A stretch of 61,170 nt of DNA, counting the filler. It is 5 parts of 5 records of this genome, joined end to end, with 100 filler letters (N's around TTAATTAATTAA, not from the genome) between each part and the next. Parts side by side here need not be neighbours in the genome. Positions count along the whole stretch, not along the records: positions 50,124 to 61,170 come from SRR16203515_4792; 4 more parts are not named here. The stretch is one strand, 5' to 3'. Numbering within the stretch: position 1 is the stretch's first letter; each line of letters opens with the position of its first letter. The notes below the pieces were generated by a model. The model saw only the letters and a program-made list of their open reading frames with translations, was not told the origin of the DNA and ran no database searches. Below are positions 53,560-61,170 of the stretch, piece after piece. The position numbers and the translations under genes are program-made.

Positions 53560-53570
53560 TGATGAAAAGC

Positions 53571-54188
53571 CTAATCCTTGATCTGATATTGATTCAAAAA
53601 CATTTCAACACTGCGGTCTACTAATTGCCTGCCTTCTTGCTCTGTTAGCACATCACATACGCGAATTAATTGCGGCCAAAAACAACTGCCTTTTAACAGG
53701 CTATGCAATTGTTCCATTGCAACTTCAACGTTATCAATCTTAAGCCTATGATCAGCAACCGCTGCTTTAAGCCATCGTTCGAGATCAGTTTCACGATTGT
53801 GAATTTTGCACATCTCTTCTTGCAATTCAGACGCTTCAAACAGGAAGTGCCCTAAAGCAACACGCACTAACGCAATATATTCTTCGCTAGCCATAGTTTT
53901 CATTTCTAACAATAAAATATCAGTGAGTTGCTGTTCAATTGGCACATCTGACTGATAAGTCATGCCGGTTTTCATCACGGCATCACCCCACAACTCAGAT
54001 AAGAGCTGAAGCACTAATGCCTCTTTGGTTGAAAAGTGATTGTAAACGGTACGTTTAGACACCTGTGCCAATTCCGCAATTTTATCCATACTAGTGGCTT
54101 TAACGCCATCCTGTCTGAATGCATTATTGGCAGCTACCAGGATAGCGCTGCGTTTTAATTCACTTCTTGTCTGTTTTGTTTCTGTCAT
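53571..54188 (-). CDS. TetR/AcrR family regulator
   Basis: N-terminal HTH SMDKIAELAQVSKRTVYNHF. Confidence 0.92.
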   Translation of the reverse strand: MTETKQTRSELKRSAILVAANNAFRQDGVKATSMDKIAELAQVSKRTVYNHFSTKEALVLQLLSELWGDAVMKTGMTYQSDVPIEQQLTDILLLEMKTMASEEYIALVRVALGHFLFEASELQEEMCKIHNRETDLERWLKAAVADHRLKIDNVEVAMEQLHSLLKGSCFWPQLIRVCDVLTEQEGRQLVDRSVEMFLNQYQIKD

Positions 54189-54258
54189 ACCAACACACTT
54201 ACATCACATAATTTCGATTATTTTAACTGATGACGTTTACTTATCAACAAACAATAAA

Positions 54259-54279
54259 TAAACTACACCGTATAGTTTA
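54259..54279. promoter_or_regulatory. Candidate TetR operator between the divergent tetR and MBL genes
   Basis: TAAACTACAC-C-GTATAGTTTA; 9 of 10 arm positions complementary. Confidence 0.65.
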
Positions 54280-54296
54280 CATTTTGAGTCATATAA

Positions 54297-55379
54297 ATGA
54301 AATCTGCCACTTTAATTTTTAGTGCAATCTTAACGTTGACAGGAGCCCTTATGAACAGCAATGCCATTAGCCAGCCATACGAATATGATACTTCGCGTAA
54401 GTCTGACGGTAAGTTTTTAAATCAACACATTACTTACTCAACAAGCATGGGAAACATTTGGGACATCACTAAAGCTTATGCCACAACAAAACGTATCGCT
54501 GCAACACCAACACATATTCCAATGAGAAAAATAACAGCTGATATTCTCAATGAAACCCAAGATGCCTTATTTCGACTTGGTCATTCATCTCAATTACTAC
54601 GAATAGATGGGCACTATGTTCTAACAGATCCCGTATTTAGCGAAAGAGCATCCATGGTTCAGTGGGCTGGCCCCAAACGGTTTCATCCTATGCCTATTAG
54701 CGTTGATGATTTACCCAAAATTGCTGTTGTTGTATTAAGTCATGATCATTACGACCATCTGGACCGTAGCACTTTAGAAGCGCTTGCAGCAAAAACACAA
54801 CACTTTGTTGTGCCACTTGGTTTGAGTAAACACCTTGATGATATTATCGATAACACTAAAATTATCGAGCTTGATTGGTGGCAATCTGTAACGCTAGAAG
54901 GCATTGAATTTGTTGCAACGCCTGCACAACACTTTTCAGGACGCGGCCTGTTTGACCGAGATGAGACACTCTGGGCGAGTTGGGTTATCAATAGCAGTCA
55001 ACGCAAAGTTTTCTTTAGTGGCGACTCTGGCTACTTTCCAGGCTTCAAACAAATTGGGGAGCGCTACGGTCCATTTGATGTCACCATGATTGAAACAGGT
55101 GCTTACAATGATCTATGGAGTGATATTCATATGAACCCAGAACAAAGTGTCCAAGCTCATGTTGATTTAAAAGGTAAATTTATGTTGCCTATTCATAATT
55201 CGACTTTTGATTTGGCGCTTCATGAATGGTTTGAACCTTTAGATCGCGCACTTAATGCAAGTATTCAACACAATACACAAATGCTTTCTCCCATATTTGG
55301 GCAGTCGGTTAATTTTGACGACTTAACGACGAATAATACCCGCCAGTACCAGCAATCTTGGTGGCTAAATAACCAGTGA
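54297..55379 (+). CDS. MBL-fold metallo-hydrolase (RomA/NAPE-PLD-like)
   Basis: LGHS, TDPVFSERAS, SHDHYDHLD, PAQHFSGR, GDSGY, GAY...HM.PE. Confidence 0.9.
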   Translation: MKSATLIFSAILTLTGALMNSNAISQPYEYDTSRKSDGKFLNQHITYSTSMGNIWDITKAYATTKRIAATPTHIPMRKITADILNETQDALFRLGHSSQLLRIDGHYVLTDPVFSERASMVQWAGPKRFHPMPISVDDLPKIAVVVLSHDHYDHLDRSTLEALAAKTQHFVVPLGLSKHLDDIIDNTKIIELDWWQSVTLEGIEFVATPAQHFSGRGLFDRDETLWASWVINSSQRKVFFSGDSGYFPGFKQIGERYGPFDVTMIETGAYNDLWSDIHMNPEQSVQAHVDLKGKFMLPIHNSTFDLALHEWFEPLDRALNASIQHNTQMLSPIFGQSVNFDDLTTNNTRQYQQSWWLNNQ

Positions 55380-55401
55380 TTATTGACAGTTATTGCGACA
55401 A

Positions 55402-55417
55402 TAAACCATTCGGTCTA
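55402..55417. promoter_or_regulatory. NemR-like operator 1, inside the tetR promoter
   Basis: TAAACCATTCGGTCTA, the exact reverse complement of 56059-56074; resembles TAGACC-N4-GGTCTA. Confidence 0.75.
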
Positions 55418-55427
55418 TTATCGTTTT

Positions 55428-56018
55428 ATGAATACACTATCTAAAGGTGAGCAGACCAAGCAGAAGATTATTGAATCTGCCGCACAGCTCATCTACCAAC
55501 AAGGCTTTAATCACACTGGCATTGCACAAATATTAAAAGCTGCCAATGTCTCTAAAGGCTCGTTCTATTTTCACTTTGACGACAAAGATCAACTAGGTTT
55601 TGCCATTATTGACCACTATCGTCAGCAGTTTAAAAATAGTCTTCCATTGCATTTGCATAATCGAGCACTCAGCAGTCGTGAAAAAATAACCGCTTTTCAC
55701 CAGTACTACTATGACGCTTTTTCACAATCTAATTTCTCCTATGGCTGTCCTATTGGTAATTTAACGCAAGAGCTTACCGACTTATGTCCCGTGTTCGCCC
55801 AGAAACTCAATGACACCTTGCAGCGTATGTCGCAGGTTTTCATACAGGTCATTACTCAAGGAATTGAGGACAATGAAATATCATCTGAGATTGACGCAGA
55901 ACAAACAGCTTACTTTATCGTCGACAGTTGGGAAGGCGCGACGTTAAGGATGAAAACAGTCAGCAGTGGTGAACCACTGAATAGATGGCATGCGTTCACC
56001 CTTAAATTACTGAGTTAA
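55428..56018 (+). CDS. TetR family regulator, NemR-like
   Basis: GFNHTGIAQILKAANVSKGSFYFHF, YGCPIGNL, WEGATLRMK; start taken at ATG 55428. Confidence 0.85.
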   Translation: MNTLSKGEQTKQKIIESAAQLIYQQGFNHTGIAQILKAANVSKGSFYFHFDDKDQLGFAIIDHYRQQFKNSLPLHLHNRALSSREKITAFHQYYYDAFSQSNFSYGCPIGNLTQELTDLCPVFAQKLNDTLQRMSQVFIQVITQGIEDNEISSEIDAEQTAYFIVDSWEGATLRMKTVSSGEPLNRWHAFTLKLLS

Positions 56019-56058
56019 ACAAAGAATACTGAATACACTTTATATTTTTAAACAAAAC

Positions 56059-56074
56059 TAGACCGAATGGTTTA
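56059..56074. promoter_or_regulatory. NemR-like operator 2, upstream of GST
   Basis: TAGACCGAATGGTTTA, 17 nt before the GST ATG. Confidence 0.75.
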
Positions 56075-56091
56075 TAAAGAGGAAATAAAAT

Positions 56092-56736
56092 ATGGCTATT
56101 ATCTATGGTGTTCCACCTTCACCGTACGTTCGAAAAACCTTACTAGCACATGCAATTAAAGGCATTAGTGCTGAATTAAAACCAACGATGCCTGGCAGTG
56201 ATGATCCTGAATTTCGTGCTGCCTCACCATTTGGAAAAATTCCAGCTTATCGACTCAATGACACCACTGCATTCTCAGATTCATCGGTGATAATCGCCTA
56301 TCTTGAACGTACGAATAACGCCAACTCACTATATCCCGAAGACGCTGCGGAGTACGCCATCGCCCTAGCATTAGAAGAATATAGTGATACTAAGTTTTCA
56401 GAAGTAGTTTCTGCACTCTATTATCAACGCATCATTGGGCCAATGTTTTTTCAACACGAAACAGATCAAACACGAGTGGAAGATCTATTAATTAACCTGA
56501 TCCCTGCACAATTAGATTACCTAGAGAAAACACTTGGTGAGAATTCTTATTTTGTCGGTAACTCATTTAGTATTGCTGACTTATCTATTGGCAGCCACAT
56601 GCTCAGTCTTTTTCATGCAAAATTTGATATCGACACTACACGCTGGCCTTCAATAGCGGCTTTCAACAACGCATTTTTAGCGCGAGCAGAAATTAAAGAG
56701 CAACTAGCTCAAGAGTTAGCTGTCTTTGGCAAATAA
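56092..56736 (+). CDS. Glutathione S-transferase family protein
   Basis: SPYVRK, SPFGKIP, DSSVIIAYL, FSIADL. Confidence 0.93.
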   Translation: MAIIYGVPPSPYVRKTLLAHAIKGISAELKPTMPGSDDPEFRAASPFGKIPAYRLNDTTAFSDSSVIIAYLERTNNANSLYPEDAAEYAIALALEEYSDTKFSEVVSALYYQRIIGPMFFQHETDQTRVEDLLINLIPAQLDYLEKTLGENSYFVGNSFSIADLSIGSHMLSLFHAKFDIDTTRWPSIAAFNNAFLARAEIKEQLAQELAVFGK

Positions 56737-56878
56737 CCCGAAGATATCATGTCGCAACGAACACGTTGCGACAGTAAGGTTTGTCATAAATTTTTGGTCA
56801 ATAAATAACTTTAAAACAATCTACAAAGATCAATAATCCCTAGGTATACTCGATTCTTTATTAGTGACTTTGTTATTT

Positions 56879-59143
56879 ATGACCGCAACTGCTATCCACA
56901 TTGCCAAACACCTTAATATCACACCTAAACAAGCAACGGCCGCTATCAATTTGCTAGACGAAGGGGCTACAGTTCCTTTTATTGCTCGTTATAGAAAAGA
57001 AGCAACTCAAGGACTTGATGACACGCAATTGAGACTGTTATCTAGAGAGTTAAACTACACAAGAGAGTTAGCGGATCGAAAAACGACAATTCTGGCAGCC
57101 TTAACAGAAAATCAAAAATTAACTTCCTCACTGCAACAATCTATCGAACAATGCCAGAGTAAGACAGCACTAGAAGAGATATATAAACCCTTTAAAAGTA
57201 GCCGTAAAACTAAAGGCCAGTTAGCCATTGAAGCAGGATTAGCGCCATTAGCAAAACAACTGCTGTCATCAAGCAATCAATCTCCACAAGACTTAGCAAA
57301 TGCATTCGTCACGTCTCAATCTAATATCAACGATCCAGAACAAGCTCTGGATGGCGCCGCTGCAATCATTAGCGAGGAATTACCGCAAGATATTGTCATG
57401 ATGAATAAAATTCGTCGTCAATTGTGGTCACAAGGCATTATTAGCGCCAAACAAGCACGTAAGAAAACACCAGCAATCGATCCAAATATACTCTCAAAAT
57501 TTAAAGACTATTTCGCACATCAAGAGCCTATCAATAAGATTCCATCTCACAGAATGATGGCGCTATTGCGAGGCAAAGCAGCAGGTGCACTCCAAATAAA
57601 TTTAGCACTCAACTTTGAACCTAAAATTCATCCTTGCCTTGAATTAATCAACCAATCGCTCAAACTCTCTCAACGAAACGTTAAAATATCAGTTTGGTTA
57701 GGCGATGTAGCGCAACAATGTTGGAAGTTAAAAATCTTACCCAGCGTCACTAATGAACTCATTAACAAAGCAAAAGAAAGTGCTGAAATCCAAGCGATAG
57801 ATGTTTTTGCGAATAATTTATCGGATTTACTAATGGCCGCGCCAGCTGGAAATCAAATAACGTTAGGGTTAGATCCTGGGATTCGTACTGGTGTAAAAGC
57901 CGCAATCGTTGATAAGCAAAGTAAACTACTGGCAACCGAAACTATTTATCCACACGCCCCTAGAAATCAATGGCAACAATCTATTTCAACGTTAGCAACG
58001 CTAATTAAACGCCATCATATTACATTAATCAGTATTGGTAACGGCACAGGCTCCCGTGAAACTGAAAAATTAGTATTAGATTGTAAGAAGCAGCATCAAT
58101 TCGATATAACCACGATCATTGTTAGCGAAGCAGGAGCCTCTGTTTATTCGGCCTCTGAACTCGCAGCAAATGAATTTCCATCGTTAGACGTATCGCTACG
58201 AGGGGCAGTCTCTATTGCTCGTCGCTTACAAGATCCACTTGCTGAACTCGTAAAAATAGAGCCTAAAGCAATAGGCGTAGGTCAATATCAACATGACGTT
58301 AATGAAAACCAACTCAACGCACGATTGAATGAAGTTATCGAAGATTGTGTTAATGGTGTGGGTGTTGAATTAAATACTGCTTCTGCGCCTCTCTTACAAA
58401 GAGTGAGTGGCCTGAATGCAACGTTAGCCAATAACATCGTTCATTTTCGTGAATCAATTGGCAAGTTTCAGAACCGAAAACAGTTACTGAAGGTACCGCG
58501 CTTAGGCCCTAAGGCTTATGAGCAGGCTGCTGGTTTTTTGCGTATTAGCAATGGAAATGAACCATTAGATGCTAGTGCTGTTCATCCTGAGTCATATCAG
58601 TTGGCGAGTAATATAGTGAAACGATGTGGGAAGAATATTAAAGAGTTAATTGGTAACGATAGTCTACTCAATAATCTAAAGGCTACTGAGTTCACCACGG
58701 CTAGTATTGGATTACCGACAGTAATAGATGTTATCAACGAACTAAAGCGTCCAGCACGTGATCCCCGCGGAGATTTTAAAGCGGCAGAACTCATGGAAGG
58801 TATTGAAACAATTAACGATTTAGAAATAGAAATGGAACTTGAAGGCACAGTGACCAATGTTGCTAATTTCGGGGCATTTGTCGATATTGGTGTACATCAA
58901 GACGGCCTAGTGCATATATCACAGCTAGCCGACGGTTTTGTGAGTGATCCTCGTAAAGTGGTGAAAGTTGGACAGATCGTTAACGTTAGAGTGACCGATA
59001 TTGACGTAGCCAGAAAAAGAATCGCACTTTCAATGAAACAACAAAGTGCATCCAATACTAAGCATCAATACACAGAAAATAAAAAGAAATTAGCGCCCCA
59101 AGGTACAATGGCTGCAGCATTTAATACGGCGAGAAAGAATTAG
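56879..59143 (+). CDS. tex: Tex family RNA-binding transcriptional accessory protein
   Basis: GATVPFIARYRKE, LGLDPGIRTG, IGVGQYQHD, C-terminal S1 domain (start uncertain; GTG 56864 possible). Confidence 0.95.
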   Translation: MTATAIHIAKHLNITPKQATAAINLLDEGATVPFIARYRKEATQGLDDTQLRLLSRELNYTRELADRKTTILAALTENQKLTSSLQQSIEQCQSKTALEEIYKPFKSSRKTKGQLAIEAGLAPLAKQLLSSSNQSPQDLANAFVTSQSNINDPEQALDGAAAIISEELPQDIVMMNKIRRQLWSQGIISAKQARKKTPAIDPNILSKFKDYFAHQEPINKIPSHRMMALLRGKAAGALQINLALNFEPKIHPCLELINQSLKLSQRNVKISVWLGDVAQQCWKLKILPSVTNELINKAKESAEIQAIDVFANNLSDLLMAAPAGNQITLGLDPGIRTGVKAAIVDKQSKLLATETIYPHAPRNQWQQSISTLATLIKRHHITLISIGNGTGSRETEKLVLDCKKQHQFDITTIIVSEAGASVYSASELAANEFPSLDVSLRGAVSIARRLQDPLAELVKIEPKAIGVGQYQHDVNENQLNARLNEVIEDCVNGVGVELNTASAPLLQRVSGLNATLANNIVHFRESIGKFQNRKQLLKVPRLGPKAYEQAAGFLRISNGNEPLDASAVHPESYQLASNIVKRCGKNIKELIGNDSLLNNLKATEFTTASIGLPTVIDVINELKRPARDPRGDFKAAELMEGIETINDLEIEMELEGTVTNVANFGAFVDIGVHQDGLVHISQLADGFVSDPRKVVKVGQIVNVRVTDIDVARKRIALSMKQQSASNTKHQYTENKKKLAPQGTMAAAFNTARKN

Positions 59144-59997
59144 GCTTGAGAATAAAACTGAGAATTTGAAGCTTGGCTTGATTGTTGATAGAAGGCATTA
59201 ATATGTTGGCTTCTATTAACAATAGTTTGTTGGAATTCTTCATCTTTAGCTAAGGTTGCTTTTTCATTAAAACGATCAGACTCAACCGCATTATCGATAC
59301 GAAAATTACCTTTACTTTCTTCGTCATCCTTAGAAACTGCGCTATTTTCAGCGAGTAATTCACTACGAGCTTCACCAGCCATCCGATCGGCTTGAGCGGC
59401 TACTTTACGGTCTTGTCCGGATGGCTCTGCTGGCGCTAATGCAGCTCGCTTAATTTGCGCAGCCTTTGCAATTGTCGCTTGAGGATCTCCAGCTATTTTT
59501 GATGTATCAATAGGAACTTCACCACCAACAGCATACTTAACACCATCAGGGCCAGTTTCATACGTATAACTTGGCGAGCCGGCATATTGCCCACCAGCAC
59601 TTGCATGCGCAAGTTCGTGGGCGACAACTTCACGATCTCTATCTTTTAGCTCATCTATCTTTGCTTGTTCTTGCTCGGTAAAACGCTCACTATCTTCATT
59701 AGATTGCTCACGTTCTTCATTTTGCTGTTGGCCAGACTGTTCTTGATTTTCGTTAAGCTCTTTGGGTGGAGTAGATGAGTGTTGTAATTGTTCATAAGTA
59801 GGATTAAGGCTAGGAGCAACGGGTAAATTAGGCTGAGATTTTTCTTTATCACCAGCTACAGCAGGTTCAGCGCCAGCGCTATTTGGTTGAGTCACCGGCG
59901 GTATCACAGGACGCACAGCGTTATCACGAGCAACTCTATCGGTTGCCGGATTAGTGGTAACTAGACTAACGTTAGGATAGTTAGTGGTGATGTTCAT
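59140..59997 (-). CDS. SprA-related/putative metalloprotease family protein
   Basis: RDREVVAHELAH (HExxH), GPDGVKYAVGGEV.ID, AALAPAEPSGQD; low-complexity flanks. Confidence 0.75.
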   Translation of the reverse strand: MNITTNYPNVSLVTTNPATDRVARDNAVRPVIPPVTQPNSAGAEPAVAGDKEKSQPNLPVAPSLNPTYEQLQHSSTPPKELNENQEQSGQQQNEEREQSNEDSERFTEQEQAKIDELKDRDREVVAHELAHASAGGQYAGSPSYTYETGPDGVKYAVGGEVPIDTSKIAGDPQATIAKAAQIKRAALAPAEPSGQDRKVAAQADRMAGEARSELLAENSAVSKDDEESKGNFRIDNAVESDRFNEKATLAKDEEFQQTIVNRSQHINAFYQQSSQASNSQFYSQA

Positions 59998-60006
59998 AGC
60001 AAGTGT

Positions 60007-60282
60007 TTAAACCTTGGTATCGATTAAACTACCTAACATATTGTCGGCAGTTTCAATAACCTTAGCAGAAGTTTGTGCTTGAGTTTCTGCTAAGCGTAAA
60101 TTGATAAGACTTTCAGTTACTGGCGTATTCTGTTGTGCTGATGCTTCAACCTCCACAACTTCTTCATTTGGCTGTGGCTGAGTAACTTGTTGTTGATTGA
60201 TTTCTCTTGCAGACTCCGCCGCTCGCTCGGTCGCTTGATTAAATCCAGCAACACCGGAATCAAATGCAGATTGAATATTCAT
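60007..60282 (-). CDS. Small protein resembling the termini of flagellar rod/hook proteins
   Basis: MNIQSAFDSGVAGF...; C-terminal SAKVIETADNMLGSLIDTKV; AAAGGGA Shine-Dalgarno. Confidence 0.6.
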   Translation of the reverse strand: MNIQSAFDSGVAGFNQATERAAESAREINQQQVTQPQPNEEVVEVEASAQQNTPVTESLINLRLAETQAQTSAKVIETADNMLGSLIDTKV

Positions 60283-60352
60283 TTTGTATCCCTTTTTTAA
60301 ATTGGCGGTTAGTCTAATTATTAATCAATTATGAATAAATTGAAAGTTAAAT

Positions 60353-61120
60353 TTAGTATTCGATGGTCGACATAAAGCCTTTCAAGGCGCTGATGAACTC
60401 ATCGGTATGAGAAATAAATGGCGCGTGAGATGCTTTTTTAAAAATGACCTTTTCACTTTTCGGAGATAATTCATCAACTAAGCCAATAACCTTATTTGGT
60501 ACTAAAGAATCTAAACGACCATAGATCCTCAAAAACGGTTGCTCAATATTTTTTATCTTTTCACGTAAATCAACGTCATTTAACAACAATAATCCGTCGT
60601 GCAACGATTGTTGTTGTGGAAGCGGGCGTTCATCAAGAACAGCTTTTAGCGCTTTTATATCGCGTTTCGCGCTATCGCTTCCCATCGCCTGAATCGCCAA
60701 AAATCGCTCTAACGTTAATGCGAAATCTGTCGCCAATTGCTTAGTAAACATTGTCATCACGTCAGATTTGATACCAGGCCATTGGTCATTTTCAGAGAAT
60801 CGTGGTGAACTAGCGACGGTAATGAGCCCTTTAACTTTCTGAGGGTAATCAAGTGCAACCTGTGTAGCAACCAACCCACCTAGTGACCATCCCAACCATA
60901 CGGCAGGCTCATCAATAACTTGAGCGACGGCATTAGCCCATGCTTTGATATCTGAATCAACACGCTGCTCACTATGACCAAAGCCCGGTAAATCTATACA
61001 ATATAAAGTAAAGTCTTTAGCTAAGGTCATCTGAACTTGCGCCCAAACACCGCTATTGAGCCCCCAACCGTGTAGTAAGACAAGCGCTGGCCCCTGACCT
61101 ATTTTTTCAACATGTACCAC
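60353..61120 (-). CDS. bioH: Pimeloyl-ACP methyl ester esterase
   Basis: LLHGWG, DLPGFG, GWSLGG, GRLDSLVP, SHAPFISH. Confidence 0.95.
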   Translation of the reverse strand: MVHVEKIGQGPALVLLHGWGLNSGVWAQVQMTLAKDFTLYCIDLPGFGHSEQRVDSDIKAWANAVAQVIDEPAVWLGWSLGGLVATQVALDYPQKVKGLITVASSPRFSENDQWPGIKSDVMTMFTKQLATDFALTLERFLAIQAMGSDSAKRDIKALKAVLDERPLPQQQSLHDGLLLLNDVDLREKIKNIEQPFLRIYGRLDSLVPNKVIGLVDELSPKSEKVIFKKASHAPFISHTDEFISALKGFMSTIEY

Positions 61121-61170
61121 GTGATATTACCTTTAATTAATCAGAATAAAACTCAAAAAAGTAACGGTTC

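Noticed and set aside
60283-60352. Sigma28 promoter for the rod-like/SprA-related pair
   Set aside because: Only a weak GCCAAT with no correctly spaced TAAA; not supportable in AT-rich DNA

Overview
This is not one genomic locus. It is five contigs joined by artificial 100-nt spacers (44 N + TTAATTAATTAA + 44 N) at 25653-25752, 37650-37749, 44263-44362 and 50024-50123, so linkage across spacers means nothing. Contig 1 (1-25652) looks like Rhodobacteraceae/Roseobacter housekeeping DNA: groEL-groES with CIRCE, dcp, moeB, dut, coaBC, rpoH2 with an RpoE-type promoter, cobU, frameshifted comM, gshB, yraN, rsmI, lppC, glnD, murJ, rhomboid-like, trpS, usp, nifU, tsaB, rimI and a BMP-type ABC transporter. 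Contig 2 (25753-37649) is a gammaproteobacterial rseP-bamA-skp-fabZ-lpxA-lpxB-rnhB-dnaE-accA-tilS cluster that lacks lpxD. Contig 3 (37750-44262) is Rhodobacteraceae-like: ald, mscL with two internal stops, pheT, a glutamine amidotransferase, pheS, rplT and rpmI. Contig 4 (44363-50023) is AT-rich and Pseudoalteromonas/Alteromonadales-like: a secD paralog preceded by a secreted leader ORF, an Atm1-type ABC transporter and an M13 peptidase. Contig 5 (50124-61170) is an AT-rich marine gammaproteobacterium: prx-grx with an OxyR box, envZ-ompR, greB, two TetR modules with visible operators, GST, tex, a SprA-related HExxH gene pair and bioH. The best candidate system is in contig 4. The 153-aa 'hypothetical' ORF has a signal peptide and a C-terminal RLSGWKDANLLY motif matching the Vibrio VemP ribosome-arrest peptide. 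An anti-Shine-Dalgarno stem just after its stop codon can sequester the secD ribosome-binding site. Together these suggest a VemP-like secretion-monitoring circuit outside Vibrio. All taxonomic and product calls come from recognising sequence features by eye; no database searches were run.
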